A stretch of 64,000 nt of DNA from Mobula hypostoma (lineage: Eukaryota), in NCBI RefSeq assembly GCF_963921235.1, contig NC_086101.1:2296001-2360000 (forward strand), read 5' to 3'. Made by a program: the position numbers and the translations under genes. This document shows positions 24,094 to 36,948 of the stretch, one piece after another (within the stretch, counting starts at the first letter, position 1; every line of letters begins with the position of its first letter). The notes below the pieces were generated by a model. It did no database searches. It was not told the origin of the DNA and saw only the letters and a list, made by a program, of their open reading frames with translations.

Positions 24094-26640
24094 TATATAA
24101 GGAAGAGAGACAAGAGTGGATATTGGACTGCTGGAGAGGTAATGGGGGGCGGGGGCAATGAAATGGCAGAGGAACAAGTACTTTGCGTCAGTCTTCACTG
24201 TGGAAGGCACTAGCAGAATGCCAGGAATTTGAGTCAGGGGTAGAAGTGTGTTGTTGCTATTAGTAAGGAGAAGGTGCTTCGGAAGCTGAAAGGTGTGAAG
24301 GTTTTTACTTGGACCAGATGGATGACACACCAGGGTTCTGAAAGAGATAGTGGAGATATTAATAATTATCTTTCAACAATCACTTGGTTCTGGAGGACTA
24401 GTAAATTGCAAACGACACTCCACTCTTTAAGAAGGGAGGGAGGCAGAAGAAAAGAAATTATAGGCCAGTTAGCCTGACTTCAGTGGTTGGGAAGATGCTG
24501 AAAGTCCATTATTAAGGATGAGGGTTTGGGGTATTTGGAGGCACAACATAAAATAGGCCAAAGTTAGCACGGTTTCCTTTGGGGAAATCTAGCCTGACAA
24601 AGCTGTTGGAATTCTTTGAGGAAATAACAGTCAGGATAGACAAGAGAGGGTCAGTGGACGGTGTTTACTTGGATTTTCAGAAGGCCTTTGACAAGGTGCC
24701 GCACGTGAGGCTGGTTAACACAGTAAGAGCTGGTGGTATTACAGGAAAGATACTGAAATAGACAGAACCATGGCTGACTGACAGGAGGCAAAGAGTGAGG
24801 ACAGGCTGGCTGCCAGTGACTAGTAGTGTTCCAAAGGGGTCAGAGTTGGGACCACTTTTTTTCATGTTCTATGTCAATGATTTGGATAAAGGAATTGATA
24901 ACTCTGGCCAAGTTTGTGGATGATACTAAGCGGATAAGGCAGAAGAATGATGTTAAGAGGGATAATAAATCAGCCATGATGGAGGAGACTTGATGGGCTG
25001 AATGGCCAAATGTACTCATGTTTTATGGTCATAACTCACACACAGGCTCACAGCATCAAACAAACACACACACACACACACACACAACACTAAAGCCTGT
25101 TCTCCAGGTTACAATCATTTACAGAGCGAGCCAGACAGCACTGATTTTCGATGACCGCAGAGCGCAATGCATTCCAGTGCCGACGGTCAGGCAGGCGGGC
25201 AGGCAGAAGGAGGACAATCTCCACAGACGCCCGAGTCCGTTCCCAACCGCCCGCAGGGAGTGCGCTTCACACACCCAGCACAGGCAGTCGGCCCAGGGTC
25301 ACACCGCGAGGCTGCTGATCGATCGCATTATCTGCCGGTGGACAGGATGAAGCTGTCTCCCCTCAAACGGAGGGATGTTGGGTCTGGTGTGAGGGGGGGG
25401 GAGGTGACTGCTCCATATACACTGCGTGCTTAGGGGAGAGGCAGCCAAAGCCCTGACATGTGGGGATGTGGGATAAACAGCGGCTGGGGACCAGGGCAGG
25501 GAGGGGGGGGAGAAAACAGGGAGGAAAAGGGGATACAACAGCTGGGAACTGGGAAGGGGGGGCAGAGGGGTGAGACAGCAGCCAGAGACGGGTGGGGCGG
25601 GGAAATATGAGAGTAGTCAATGGGGGAGGGACGGGAGAGACAGTGGCCAGAGATGGGTGTTGTAGACAGTGGAAAATGGAGGCGGGAGGTGGGAGGAGGG
25701 AGGGGGAGCAGCGGCTGGGAACTGGGTGAGCTGAGCTTGGGGAGGGGTGCAGTTACCAGGGGAGGAAGTGGAGAGACAGGGGCCAGGGAACAGGAGAGGG
25801 AGAGGCAGCAGTGGGAAAACTCACCCATGGATGGTAGATCCGAGCACAGATCTTGTGGGAGAAGGGCCAGCCCAGCTCAGAGTGGTCTGGGGGGGGCGAA
25901 GGGACTGGCTGTCCACCAGGTACAGGCTGGGAAAGCCCAGCCCAGCTCAGAGTGGCTTTGTGGGGAGGTTGCCCCTCCGAACCTGTGAACACCGACCCCA
26001 GGACAAGGGGACAAAGTGGCCACAGCAAACACCCTGAGGGCCAGTGGATATACCGACAGAGGAACTTAGCATCTGCGAGGGGGAATCCATATCGAATTCA
26101 ATGTGCTGGTTTGACTTTAGCTTGTCATACAGTGGCTGTTCTTTTGTGTGAATGTTACTGGTTATCGGCTCCTGCCCGAACGTTGTCTAACTCCTGCGGC
26201 ACTGTAGGGGCGGTCGGGGAGGATAGCCTCCTCCGGTGAAGGGGCTCCCTCAGCGTTGGCCCCCACCAGACACTCAGCTCTCCCCTGTGGCTCCAAGTAG
26301 CCGTTTGCACTTCGACAGGCCGGTTAAACCAGGTGGAGGGCCCCATCCCGTACCCCAGTGAGAGGGGGACGTGCCCGCTCTGGCAGACTGGGCAAATGGG
26401 ATCCAACAGCCGGGAAGGTGGTTCGCACCGCTCCCCGGAGCTGGCACAGAAATCACCGTCATCCACTACAACCAAGGTGGTCTCGGACCACCGGGGCGGG
26501 GGGAAGCTGACCCTGAGAGTGGGTTCTGGAGGCCGGCAGCTGAGAGACGGGGCAGGAAGAACCAGAGGGAAAGACAGCATGTGCAATCTCCCATCTCTGT
26601 GGGCGGAGGCGGAGGCTGAGGCTGAGGAATAGGCCAAGTC

Positions 26641-26646
26641 TTTATT
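26641..26646 (-). other. Candidate proximal poly(A) signal of RNF5
   Basis: AATAAA on the minus strand ~60 nt after the stop codon. Confidence 0.4.
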
Positions 26647-26706
26647 GATCCACAGCGGGGTAATCCAGCAGTCTACCCCGCGCACCCCCACCCCAGGGGA
26701 AGCAGC

Positions 26707-26843
26707 TCAGACGCTGAGCAGCCAGAAGAAGAAGAAGACAGCGATAAAGAGGAAGAGGGAGTCCCAGTTATTGTTGCTGGCGGCTCCGCGATTGGCCCCG
26801 AGGAAGGAGTCCCAGTCACTGGCGGGGTGATCGTATCCACGCT
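26707..26843 (-). CDS. RNF5: RNF5 coding exon 6 (C-terminal transmembrane segment and stop)
   Basis: cgcag|AG CGT...; (E)RGYDHPASDWDSFLGANRGAASNNNWDSLFLFIAVFFFFWLLSV*; matches recalled RNF5 C-terminus WQDSLFLFLAIFFFFWLLSI. Confidence 0.92.
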
Positions 26844-26899
26844 CTGCGAGGGCAGGGAGGGTAACACAGAATCAGCAGCCTATCAAGGGGGTCCATTCC

Positions 26900-28600
26900 C
26901 AGCACCCCCCAAAACACCCCATGTTAAACCACTCCCCACCCCAGTACCCTCCTCAAACCTTTCCCCAAAACACCCCACATTAAACCACTCCCCAGTACCC
27001 TCCCCAGTACCACCCCAGTACCCTCCTCAAACCTTTCCCCAAAACACTCCACATTAAACCACTCCCCAGTACCCTCCCCAGTACTACCCCAGTACCCTCC
27101 TCAAACCTTTCCCCAAAACACTCCACATTAAACCACTCCCCAGTACCCTCCTCAAACCTTTCCCCAAAACACTCCACATTAAACCACTCCCCAGTACCAC
27201 CCCAGTACCCTCCTCAAACCTTTCCCCAAAACACCCCACATTAAACCACTCCCCAGTACCCTCCTCAGTACCCTCCCCAGTACCCTCCTCAGTACCCTCC
27301 CCAGTACCCTCCTCAAACCTTTCCCCAAAACTCCAAACACCCACAAAGTCCACCACCTCCCCAATCTTCCTGCCCTCTTACACAATCCCACTCTCCTTCT
27401 TACAAAACCGTCCCACCCCTCCCAACCCCCTCTCACTTCACAAACCCTCCCCATCAGATAACCCCAATCCTACACCTCCCACCACCATACACCTCTCCCC
27501 AAAACACTAACCACTCCCCAAAACCCTTCGCAAAACATCCTTGCACAAGCAGCCTGCCCCAAAACTCCTCCCTATTATCTAAACACTGTTCCACTTCAAA
27601 AAGACATAAACACTTATCCACTTCCCCATACATAAACCTCCTCTCTGCCACAAGACTTCCCCAGAACGCCTGTCCCAAGTCCACATCACCCCCTACAAAT
27701 ATCCCTCTCCATTCTAAAACAATCTCCCCAAATCAGCAACCCCCTCCACAAACCCTCTCGACCAGAGAACACTTTTGCCGAACACCTGTCCCAAATTCAC
27801 TTCCCCATTCACGAACCCTCCTTCCACCAAACACTTCTCCCGATCACCTGTCCCAAATCCACATCACCCCCCACAAATATCCCTCTCCATTCCAAAACAA
27901 TCTCCCCAAACGCCTGTCCCAAATCTGCATTCCTCTCTACAAACTCCCCTCTCCATTCCCAGAACATCTGCACAAATCTCCCTTCCTCTCTACAAACTCC
28001 CCTCTCCATTCCCAGAACGTCTGTGCAAATCTCCCTTCCTCTCTACAAACTCCCCTCTCCATTCCCAGAACGTCTGCACAAATCTCCCTTCCTCTCTACA
28101 AACTCCCCTCTCCATTCCCAGAGCGTCTGCACAAATCTCCCTTCCTCTCTACAAACTCCCCTCTCCATTCCCAGAACGTCTGCACAAATCTCCCTTCCTC
28201 TCTACAAACTCCCCTCTCCATTCCCAGAACGTCTGCACAAATCTCCCTTCCTCTCTACAAGCTCCCCTCTCCATTCCCAGAACGTCTGCACAAATCTCCC
28301 TCCCATCCACAATTCACCTCTGCCCCAGAGGTGACTTGCCCCCCCACCCGAATGCCCGTCCCAAATCCAAAGCCCCTTTCACAAACCCTCTCTCGATCAC
28401 AAAACACTCCCCTGAAATACCATCCCAAATCCGCATCTCCTTTTCACAAACCTCCTCTCCACCATAAAACACCCACCCTAACCCTAACCCAAATCCCCTT
28501 TCACAAACCCTCTCTCCATCACACAACACCCACCCGAATGCCTGTACCAAATCCAAATCCCCATTTACAAACCCCCTCTCCACCATACAACAACCCGCAA
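26900..28600. repeat. C/A-rich minisatellites in RNF5 intron 5 (~51-bp units 26930-27330; 53-bp units 27950-28300)
   Basis: CCAGTACCCTCCTCAAACCTTTCCCCAAAAC...; CCATTCCCAGAACGTCTGCACAAATCTCCCTTCCTCTCTACAAACTCCCCTCT. Confidence 0.9.
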
Positions 28601-31600
28601 GTGCCCTCCCCGAATCCGCCGTCCCCTCCCCGAATCCCCTTCCCCGCCCGATTCTCCTCCCCGAATCCCCTTCCCCGCCCGATTCCCCTCCCCGAATCCC
28701 CTTCCCCGCCCGATTCCCCTTCCCCGTCCGATTCCCCTCCCCGAATCCCCTTCCCCGTCCGATTCCCCTCCCCGAATCCCCTTCCCCGTCCGATTCCCCT
28801 CCCCGAATCCCCTTCCCCGCCGATTCCCCACCCCGAATCCCCTTCCTCGTCCCATTACCCTCCCCGAATCCCCTTCCCCGTCCGATTCCCCTCCCCGAAT
28901 CCCCTTCCCCGTCTGATTCCCCTCCCTGAACCCCTCCCCGAATCCCCTTCCCGAATCCGCTTCCCCGTCCAATTCTCCTCCCCCGTCCGACTCCCCTCCC
29001 CCAAACCCCTTCCCTGTCCAATTCCCCTCCCCCGTCCGACTCCCATCCCCGAAACCCCTTCCCCGTCCAATTCGCCTACCCGAATCCCCTGTCCCCTCCC
29101 CGAATCCCCTTCCCCGTCCCATCCCCCTCCCCGAATCCCCTTCCCCGTCCGAATCCCCTCCCCGAAACCCCTTCCCCGTCCGATTCCCCTCCCCGAAACC
29201 CCTTCCCCGTCCGATTCCCCTCCCCGAATCCGCTTCCCCGTCCGATTCCCCTCCCCGAAACCCCTTCCCCGTCTGATTCCCCTCCCCGAACCCCCTTCCC
29301 CATCACATTCCCCTCCCCGAAACCCCTTCCCCTTCCGATTCCCCTCCCCCATCCGATTCCCCTTCCCGAATCCCCTCCCCCGTTCGATTCCCCTCCCCGA
29401 ATCCCCTTCCCCGTCCCATCCCCCTCCCCGAACCCCCTTCCCCGTCCGATTCCCCTCCCCGAATCCCCTTCCCCGTCCGAATCCCCTCCCCGAATCCCCT
29501 TCCCCGTCCGAATCCCCTTCCCGAAACCCCTTCCCCGTCCACCGTCCCCTCCCCGAATCCCCTTCCCCGCCTGATTCCCCTCCCCGAATCCCCTTCCCCG
29601 TCCGATTCCCCTCCCCGAAACCCCTTCCCCATCCGATTCCCCTCCCCGAATCCACTTCCCCGTCCGATTCCCCTCCCCGAATCCCCTTCCCCGTCTGATT
29701 CCCCTCCCTGAACCCCCTCCCCGAATCCCCTCCCCAAAACCCCTTCCCCGTCCAATTCCCCTCCCCCGTCCGACTCCCATCCCCGAAACCCCTTCCCCGT
29801 CCAATTCGCCTACCCGAATCCCCCGTCCCCTCCCCGAACCCCTGTCCCCTCCCTGAATCCCCTTCCCCGTCCCATCCCCCTCCCCGAATCCCCTTCCCCG
29901 TCTGAATCCCCTCCCCGAAACCCCTTCCCCGTCCGATTCCCCTCCCCCAAACCCCTTCCCCATCTGATTCCCCTCCCCGAATCCGCTTCCCCGTCCGATT
30001 CCCCTCCCCGAAACCCCTTCCCCGTCCGATTCCCCTCCCCGAATCCCCTTCCCCGTCCGATTCCCCTCCCCGAATCCCCTTCCCCGTCCGATTCCCCTCC
30101 CCGAATCCCCTTCCCCGTCCACCGTCCCCTCCCCGAATCCCCTTCCCCGTCCGATTCCCCTCCCCGAACCCCCTTCCCCGTCACATTCCCCTCCTCGAAA
30201 CCCCTTCCCCTTCCGATTCCCCTCCCCATCCGATTCCCCTTCCCGAATCCCCTCCCCCGTCCGATTCCCCTCCCCGAATCCCCTTCCCCATCCGATTCCC
30301 CTCCCCGAAACCCCTTCCCCGTCCACCGTCCCCTCCCCGAATCCCCTTCCCCGCCTGATTCCCCTCCCCGAATCCCCTTCCCCGTCCGATTCCCCTCCCC
30401 GAAACCCCTTCCCCATCCGATTCCCCTCACCGAATCCCCTTCCCCGTCCGATTCCCCTCCCCGAATCCCCTTCCCCGTCTGATTCCCCTCCCTGAACCCC
30501 CTCCCCGAATCCCCTTCCCGAATCCGCTTCCCCGTCCAATTCTCCTCCCCCGTCCGACTCCCCTCCCCAAAACCCCTTCCCCATCCAATTCCCCTCCCCC
30601 GTCCGACTCCCATCCCCGAAACCCCTTCCCCGTCCAATTCGCCTACCCGAATCCCCCGTCCCCTCCCCGAACCCCTGTCCCCTCCCCGAATCCCCTTCCC
30701 CGTCCCATCCCCCTCCCCGAATCCCCTTCCCCGTCTGAATCCCCTCCCCGAAACCCCTTCCCCGTCCGATTCCCCTCCCCGAAACCCCTTCCCCGTCTGA
30801 TTCCCCTCCCCGAATCCGCTTCCCCGTCCGATTCCCCTCCCCGAATCCCCTTCCCCGTCCGAATCTCCTCCCCGAATCCCCTTCCCCGTCCGAATCCCCT
30901 CCCCGAAACCCCTTCCCCGTCCACCGTCCCCTCCCCGAATCCCCTTCCCCGCTTGATTCCCCTCCCCGAATCCCCTTCCCCGTCCGATTCCCCTCCCCGA
31001 AACCCCTTCCCCATCCAATTCCCCTCCCCGAATCCCCTTCCCCGTCCGATTCCCCTCCCCGAATCCCCTTCCCCGTCCCATCCCCCTCCCCGAATCCCCT
31101 TCCCCGTCCGATTCCCCTCCCCAAATTCCCTTCCCCGTCCGATTCCCCTCCCCGAATCCCCTTCCCCGTCCGATTCCCCTCCCCGAATCCCCTTCCCCGT
31201 CCGATTCCCCTCCCTGAATCCCCTTCCCCGTCCGATTCCCCTCCCCGAATCCCCTTCCCCATCCACCGTCCCCTCCCCGAATCCCCTTCCCCGTCCGATT
31301 CCCCTCCCCGAACCCCCTTCCCCGTCACATTCCCCTCCCCGAAACTCCTTCCCCTTCCGATTCCCCTCCCCCATCTGATTCCCCTTCCCGAATCCCCTCC
31401 CCCGTCCGATTCCCCTCCCCGAATCCCCTTCCCCGTCCACCGTCCCCTCCCCGAATCCCCTTCCCCGCATGATTCCCCTCCCCGAATCCCCTTCCCTGTC
31501 CGATTCCCCTCCCTGAAACCCCTTCCCCATCCGATTCCCCTCCCCGAATCCCCTTCCCCGTCCGATTCCCCTCCCCGAATCCCCTTCACCGTCCGATTCC

Positions 31601-32705
31601 CCTCCCCGAAACCCCTTACCCATCCGATTCCCCTCCCCGAATCCCCTTCCCCGTCCGATTCCCCTCCCCGAATCCCCTTCCCCGTCCCATCCCCCTCCCT
31701 GAATCCCCTTCCCCGTCCGATTCCCCTCCCCAAATCCCCTTCCCCGTCCAATTCCCCTCCCCGAAACCCCTTCCCCATCGGATTCTCCTCCCCGAATCCC
31801 CTTCCCCGTCCACCGTCCCCTCCCCGACTCCCCTTCCCCGTCCGATTCCCCTCCCCGAATCCCCTTCCCCGCCCGATTATCCTCCCCGAAACTCCTTCCC
31901 CGCCCGATTATCCTCCCCGAATCCCCTTCCCCGTCCGATTCCCCTCCCCGAATCCCCTTCCCCGTCCAATTCCCCTCCCCGAATCCCCTTCCCCGTCCAA
32001 TTCCGCTCCCCGAAACTCCTTCCCCGTCCGATTCTCCTCCCTGAATCCCCTTCCCCGTCCCATTCCCCCTCCCCGAATCCCCTTCCCTGTCCGATTCCCC
32101 TCCCCAAATCCCTGTCCGTCGTCCCCTCCCGAATCCCCTTTCCTGTCCGCCGTCCCCTCCCCGAATCCCCTTCCCCGTCCGATTCCCCTCTCCGAATCCC
32201 CTTCCCCGTCCGCCAACCCCTTCCCCTTCCGCCGTCCCCTCCCCGAATCCCCTTCCCCGTCCCATCCCCCTCCCCGAACCCCCTTCCCCGTCCGATTTCC
32301 CTCCCCGAACCCCCTTCCCTGTACGATTCCCCTCCCCGAATCCCCTTCCCCGTCCGATTCCCCTCCCCGAATCCCCTTCCCCGTCCGATTCCCCTCCCCG
32401 AATCCCCTTCCCCATCCACTTCCGCTCCCCGAAACTCCTTCCCCGTCCGAATCCCCTTCCCCGTCCGATTCTCCTCCCCGAATCCCCTTCCCCGTCCCAT
32501 TCCTCCTCCCCGAATCCCCTTCCCTGTCCGATTCCCCTTCCCAAATCCCCTTACCCGTCCGATTCCCCTCCCTGAACCCCCTTCCCCGTCTGATTCCCCT
32601 TTCCGAATCCCCTTCCCCGTCCGATTCCCCTCCCCAAATCCCCGTCCGTCGTCCCCTCCCGAATCCCCTTCCCTGTCCACATCCCCTCCCCGAATCCCCC
32701 GTCCA
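28600..32705. repeat. ~4-kb minisatellite, ~32-bp unit CCGAATCCCCTTCCCCGTCCGATTCCCCTCCC
   Basis: Directly visible; source of the Gly/Arg-rich spurious ORFs. Confidence 0.97.
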
Positions 32706-32743
32706 CAATTGCCTCCCCAAACCCCCCTTTGCCCGGCACACAC

Positions 32744-32846
32744 CTCCGTTGTGCGGGTTGTGGGTGGAGTTGAAGACAGTGGTGAAGAACCCAAAGGGAA
32801 ATGCTCCGATCCCAAACGACAGGTGGAAACCAGTGTCACCAAAGCC
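32744..32846 (-). CDS. RNF5: RNF5 coding exon 5, 103 nt
   Basis: cccag|GGC...GGAG|gtgtgt; GFGDTGFHLSFGIGAFPFGFFTTVFNSTHNPHNG. Confidence 0.93.
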
Positions 32847-32979
32847 CTGGGGGGATATCAGAGACAGTGAGAGGCAACGGCTCGGAGGGACCAGGAGCAG
32901 GGATGGAGATGACACTCTGTGTCAGAGACGGGTTCGATGCAGGGGAAGGAAGTGATGATCAAGACGGGGTAGGTGCTGT

Positions 32980-34275
32980 AGGGGCTGGAGGGTTTCACAG
33001 AGACCGGGGGGGGGGGGGGATACAGGAACTGGAGGATTTCACAGAGATCGGGGGGGGGTGGGATCTAGGGACTGGAGGGTTTCACAGAGATCGGCGGGGG
33101 GGGGAATAGGGACTGGAGGGTTTCACAGAGACCGGGGGGATATAGGGACTGGAGGGTTTCATAGAGAATGGGGGGGGAAATCTAGGGACTGGGGGGTTTC
33201 ACAGAGACCGGGGAGGGGGATATAGGGGCTGGAGGGTTTCACAGAGATCGGGGGAGGGGGGGATCTAGGGACCGGGGGGTTTCACAGAGGCCGGGGGGGG
33301 GGTGGATATAGGGGCTGGGGGGTTTCACAGAGACCGGAGGGGGGGGTGGATATAGGGGCTGGAGGGTTTCACAGAGACCGGGGGCGGGGGGGGATATAGG
33401 GACTGGAGGGTTTCACAGAGAATGGGGGGGATTCTAGGGGCCGGAGGGTTTCACAGAGACCGGGGGGAGGGGATATAGGGGCTGGGGGGGTTTCACAGAG
33501 ATCGGGGAGGGGGATATAGGGGCTGGGGGGTTTCACAGAGATCGGGGGGGGATATAGGGACTGGAGGGTTTCACAGAGACCGGGGGGGTGGATATAGGGG
33601 CTGGGGGGTTTCACAGAGACCGGGGGGAGGGGGGATATAGGGACTGGAGGGTTTCACAGAGATCGGGGGGGGATCTAGGGACCAGGGGGTTTCACAGAGA
33701 CCGGTGGGGCGGATATAGGGGCTGGGGGGTTTCACAGAGAATGGGGGAGAATCTAGGGGCCGGAGGGTTTCACAGAGACCGGGGGGGGGGGGGGGATATA
33801 GGGACTGGAGGGTTTCACAGAGACCGGGGGGGGGGATACAGGAACTGGAGGATTTCACAGAGATCGGGGGGGGTGGGATCTAGGGACTGGAGGGTTTCAC
33901 AGAGATCGGCGGGGGGGGGGGAATAGGGACTGGAGGGTTTCACAGAGACCGGGGGGCGGGGGGATATAGGGACTGGAGGGTTTCATAGAGAATGGGGGGG
34001 GGAAATCTAGGGACTGGGGGGTTTCACAGAGACCGGGGAGGGGGATATAGGGGCTGGAGGGTTTCACAGAGATCGGGGGGGGTGGATATAGGGGCTGGGG
34101 GGTTTCACAGAGATCGGGGAGGGGGATATAGGGGCTGGGGGGTTTCACAGAGATCGGGGGGGATATAGGGACTGGAGGGTTTCACAGAGACTGGGGGGGA
34201 GGGGATATAGGGACTGGAGGGTTTCACAGAGACCGGGGGGGGGGGGGATATAGGGACTGGACGGTTTCAGAGAGA
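32980..34275. repeat. ~40-bp minisatellite GGGTTTCACAGAGAYCG(G)nATATAGGGRCTGG
   Basis: Directly visible, with variable G runs. Confidence 0.95.
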
Positions 34276-35058
34276 TCAGGAGACTAGGATAACAACAGCT
34301 GGGAGATGTTCACAGTCGGGGTACCCCTGGGAGACGTTAACAGTCAAGGTACAGCTAGAGTATCATATGGGAGATGTTCACAGTCACAGTACAGTCAGAA
34401 TGACACCTGGGAGACATTTGCCAGAATGCAGTCAGAACATCACCCGGGAAACGTTCACAGTCAGGGTACAGTCAGAAAATCACCTGGGAGACGTTCACAG
34501 TCAGAATATCACCCGGGAGACGTTCACAGTCAGGGTACAGTCAGAAAATCACCTGGGAGACGTTCACAGTCAGAACATCACCCGGGAGACGTTCACAGTC
34601 AGAACATCACCAGGGAGATGTTCACAGTCAGAACATCACCAGGGAGATGTTCACAGTCAGGGTACAGTCAGAACATCCCCTGGAAGAAGTTCACAGTCAA
34701 AACATCACCCGGGAAATGTTCACAGTCAAGGTACAGTCAGAAAATCACCTGGGAGATGTTCACAGTCAGAACATCACCCGGGAGACGTTCACAGTCAGAA
34801 CATCACCCGGGAGATGTTCACAGTCAGGGTACAGTCAGAAAATCACCTGGAAGAAGTTCACAGTCAGAACATCACCCGGGAGACGTTCAGAGTCAGAACA
34901 TCACCCGGGAGACGTTCACAGTCAGGGTACAGTCAGAACATCCCCTGGAAGAAGTTCACAGTCAGAACATCACCCGGGAGACGTTCCCAGTCAGAACATC
35001 ACCAGGGAGATGTTCACAATCAGAGCATCACCTGGGATAGGTTCACAATCAGATTATA

Positions 35059-36650
35059 CAGTGGTATGCAAAAGTTTGGGCACCCCTGATCAAAATTTCT
35101 GTTACTGTGAATAGTTAAGGGAGTTGAAGATGAACTGACCTCCAAAAGTCATAAAGTTAAAGATGAAATATTCTTTTCAACATTTTAAGCAAGATTAGTG
35201 TATTATTTTTGTTCTGTACAATTTTAGAGTGGAAAAAAGGAAAGGAGCACCATGCAAAAGTTTGGGCACCCCAAGAGATTTGAACTCTCAGATAACTGCT
35301 ACCAAGGTCTCTGACCTTAATTAGTTTGTTAGGGCTATGGCTTGTTCACAGTCATCGTTAGGAAAGGCCAGGTAATGCAAATTTCAAAGCTTTATAAATA
35401 CCCTGACTCCTCAAACCTTGTCCCAACAATCAGTAGCCATCGGCTCCTCTAAGCAGCTGCCTAGCACTCTGAAAATTAAAATAAGTGATGCCCACAAAGC
35501 AGGAGAAGGCTATAAGAAGATAGCAAAGCATTTTCAGGTAGCTGTTTCCTCAGTTCATAATGTAATTAAGCAATGGCAGTTAACAGGAACGGTGGAGGTC
35601 AAGTTGAGGTCTGGAAGACCAAGAAATCTTTCTGAGAGAACTACTCAGAGGATTGCTAGAAAGGCAAATCAAAACCCCCTTTTGACTGCAAAAGACCTTC
35701 AGGAAGATTTAGCAGACTCTGGAGTGGTGGTTCACTGTTCTACTGTGTAGTGACACCTGCACAAATATGACCTTCATGGAAGAGTCATCAGAAGAAAACC
35801 TTTACCGGGTCCTCACCACAAAATTCAGCGTCAGAAGTTTGCAAAGGAACATCTAAACAAGCCTGATACATTTTGGAAACAAGTCCTGTGGACTGATGAA
35901 GTTAAAATAGAACTTTTTGGCCACAATGAGCAAAGGCATGTTTGGAGAAAAAAGGGAGCAGAATTTCATGAAAAGAACACCTCTCCAACTGTTCTGCACG
36001 GGGGTGGATCGATCATGCTTTGGGCTTGTGTTGCAGCCAGTAGCACGGGAAACATTTCACTGGTAGAGGGAAGAATAAATACAATTAAATACCAGCAAGT
36101 TCTGGAAGCAAACATCACACAGTCTGTAAAAAAGCCGAAGATGAAAAGAGGATGGCTTCTACAACACGATAATGATCCTAAACACACCTCAAAATCCAAA
36201 ATGGACTACCTCAGGAGGTGCAAGCTGAAGGTTTTGCCATGGCCCTCACAGTCCCCTGACCTAAACATCATCGAAAATCTGTGGATAGACCTCAAACGAG
36301 CAGTGCATGCAAGACAGCCTAAGAATCTCACAGAACTGGAAGCCTTTTTGCAAGGAAGAATGGGCGAAAATCCCCCAAACAAGAATTGAAAGACTCTTAG
36401 CTGGCTACAGAAAGCATTTACAAGCTGTGGTACTTGCCAAAGGGGGTGTTACTAAGTACTGCCATGCAGGGTGCCCAAACTTTTCCTTCTTTGTTATTCT
36501 GAAACTGTAAAAGATGGAAATAAAAAAGTAATCTTGCTTAAAATATTAAAGAAATGTGTCATCTTTATCCTTATGCCTTTTGGAAATCAGGTCATCTTTT
36601 ACTCACTTAGCTATTCACAGTAACAGAGATTTTGACCAGGGGTGCCACTG
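35059..36650 (+). mobile_element. Near full-length Tc1 transposon with pseudogenised DD34E transposase
   Basis: TA|CAGTGGTATGCAAAAGTTTGGGCACCCC...GGGGTGCCACTG|TA (right TIR internally deleted); WTDE, HDNDPKH and SPDLNIIENLW motifs; apparent start ATG>ATC ~35439; stop 35748-35750; late frameshift. Confidence 0.95.
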
Positions 36651-36948
36651 TAGTTAGAAAATCACCTAGAAAATGGTCAGTCAGAACATCCCCTGGGAGA
36701 TGATCACAGTCAGAGTACAGTCAGAACTTCACCTAAGCAGATGATCACAGTCAGATCATCCCCTGGGAGATGATCACAGTCAGAGTACAGTCAGAACATC
36801 ACCTAAGCAGATGATCACAGTCAGAACATCCCCGGGAGACGTTCACAGTCAGAACATCCCCTGGGAGACGTTCACAGTCAGAGTACAGTCAGAACATCCC
36901 TGGGAGATGTTAACAGTCAGAACATCCCCTGGGAGACATTCATAGTCA

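Larger units (their letters stand above)
19755..25035 (+). mobile_element. Old, highly degenerate CR1 LINE split by Rex1/Babar and Tc1 insertions
   Basis: ORF1-like sequence 19755-20390; APE motifs ~21060-21600; RT motifs [13 protein letters not shown] ~24660 and a FVDD-type codon run ~24915. Confidence 0.75.

Noticed and set aside
25018..26700. Multiple 60-180 aa ORFs in GC-rich DNA
   Set aside because: No homology recognised; best explained as RNF5 3' UTR or flank
29076..31778. 900-aa Gly/Arg-rich ORF as an independent gene
   Set aside because: Entirely inside the 32-bp minisatellite, whose unit lacks stops on this strand
35418..36510. Active Tc1 transposase
   Set aside because: Start codon altered, in-frame stop at 35748, late frameshift, damaged right TIR
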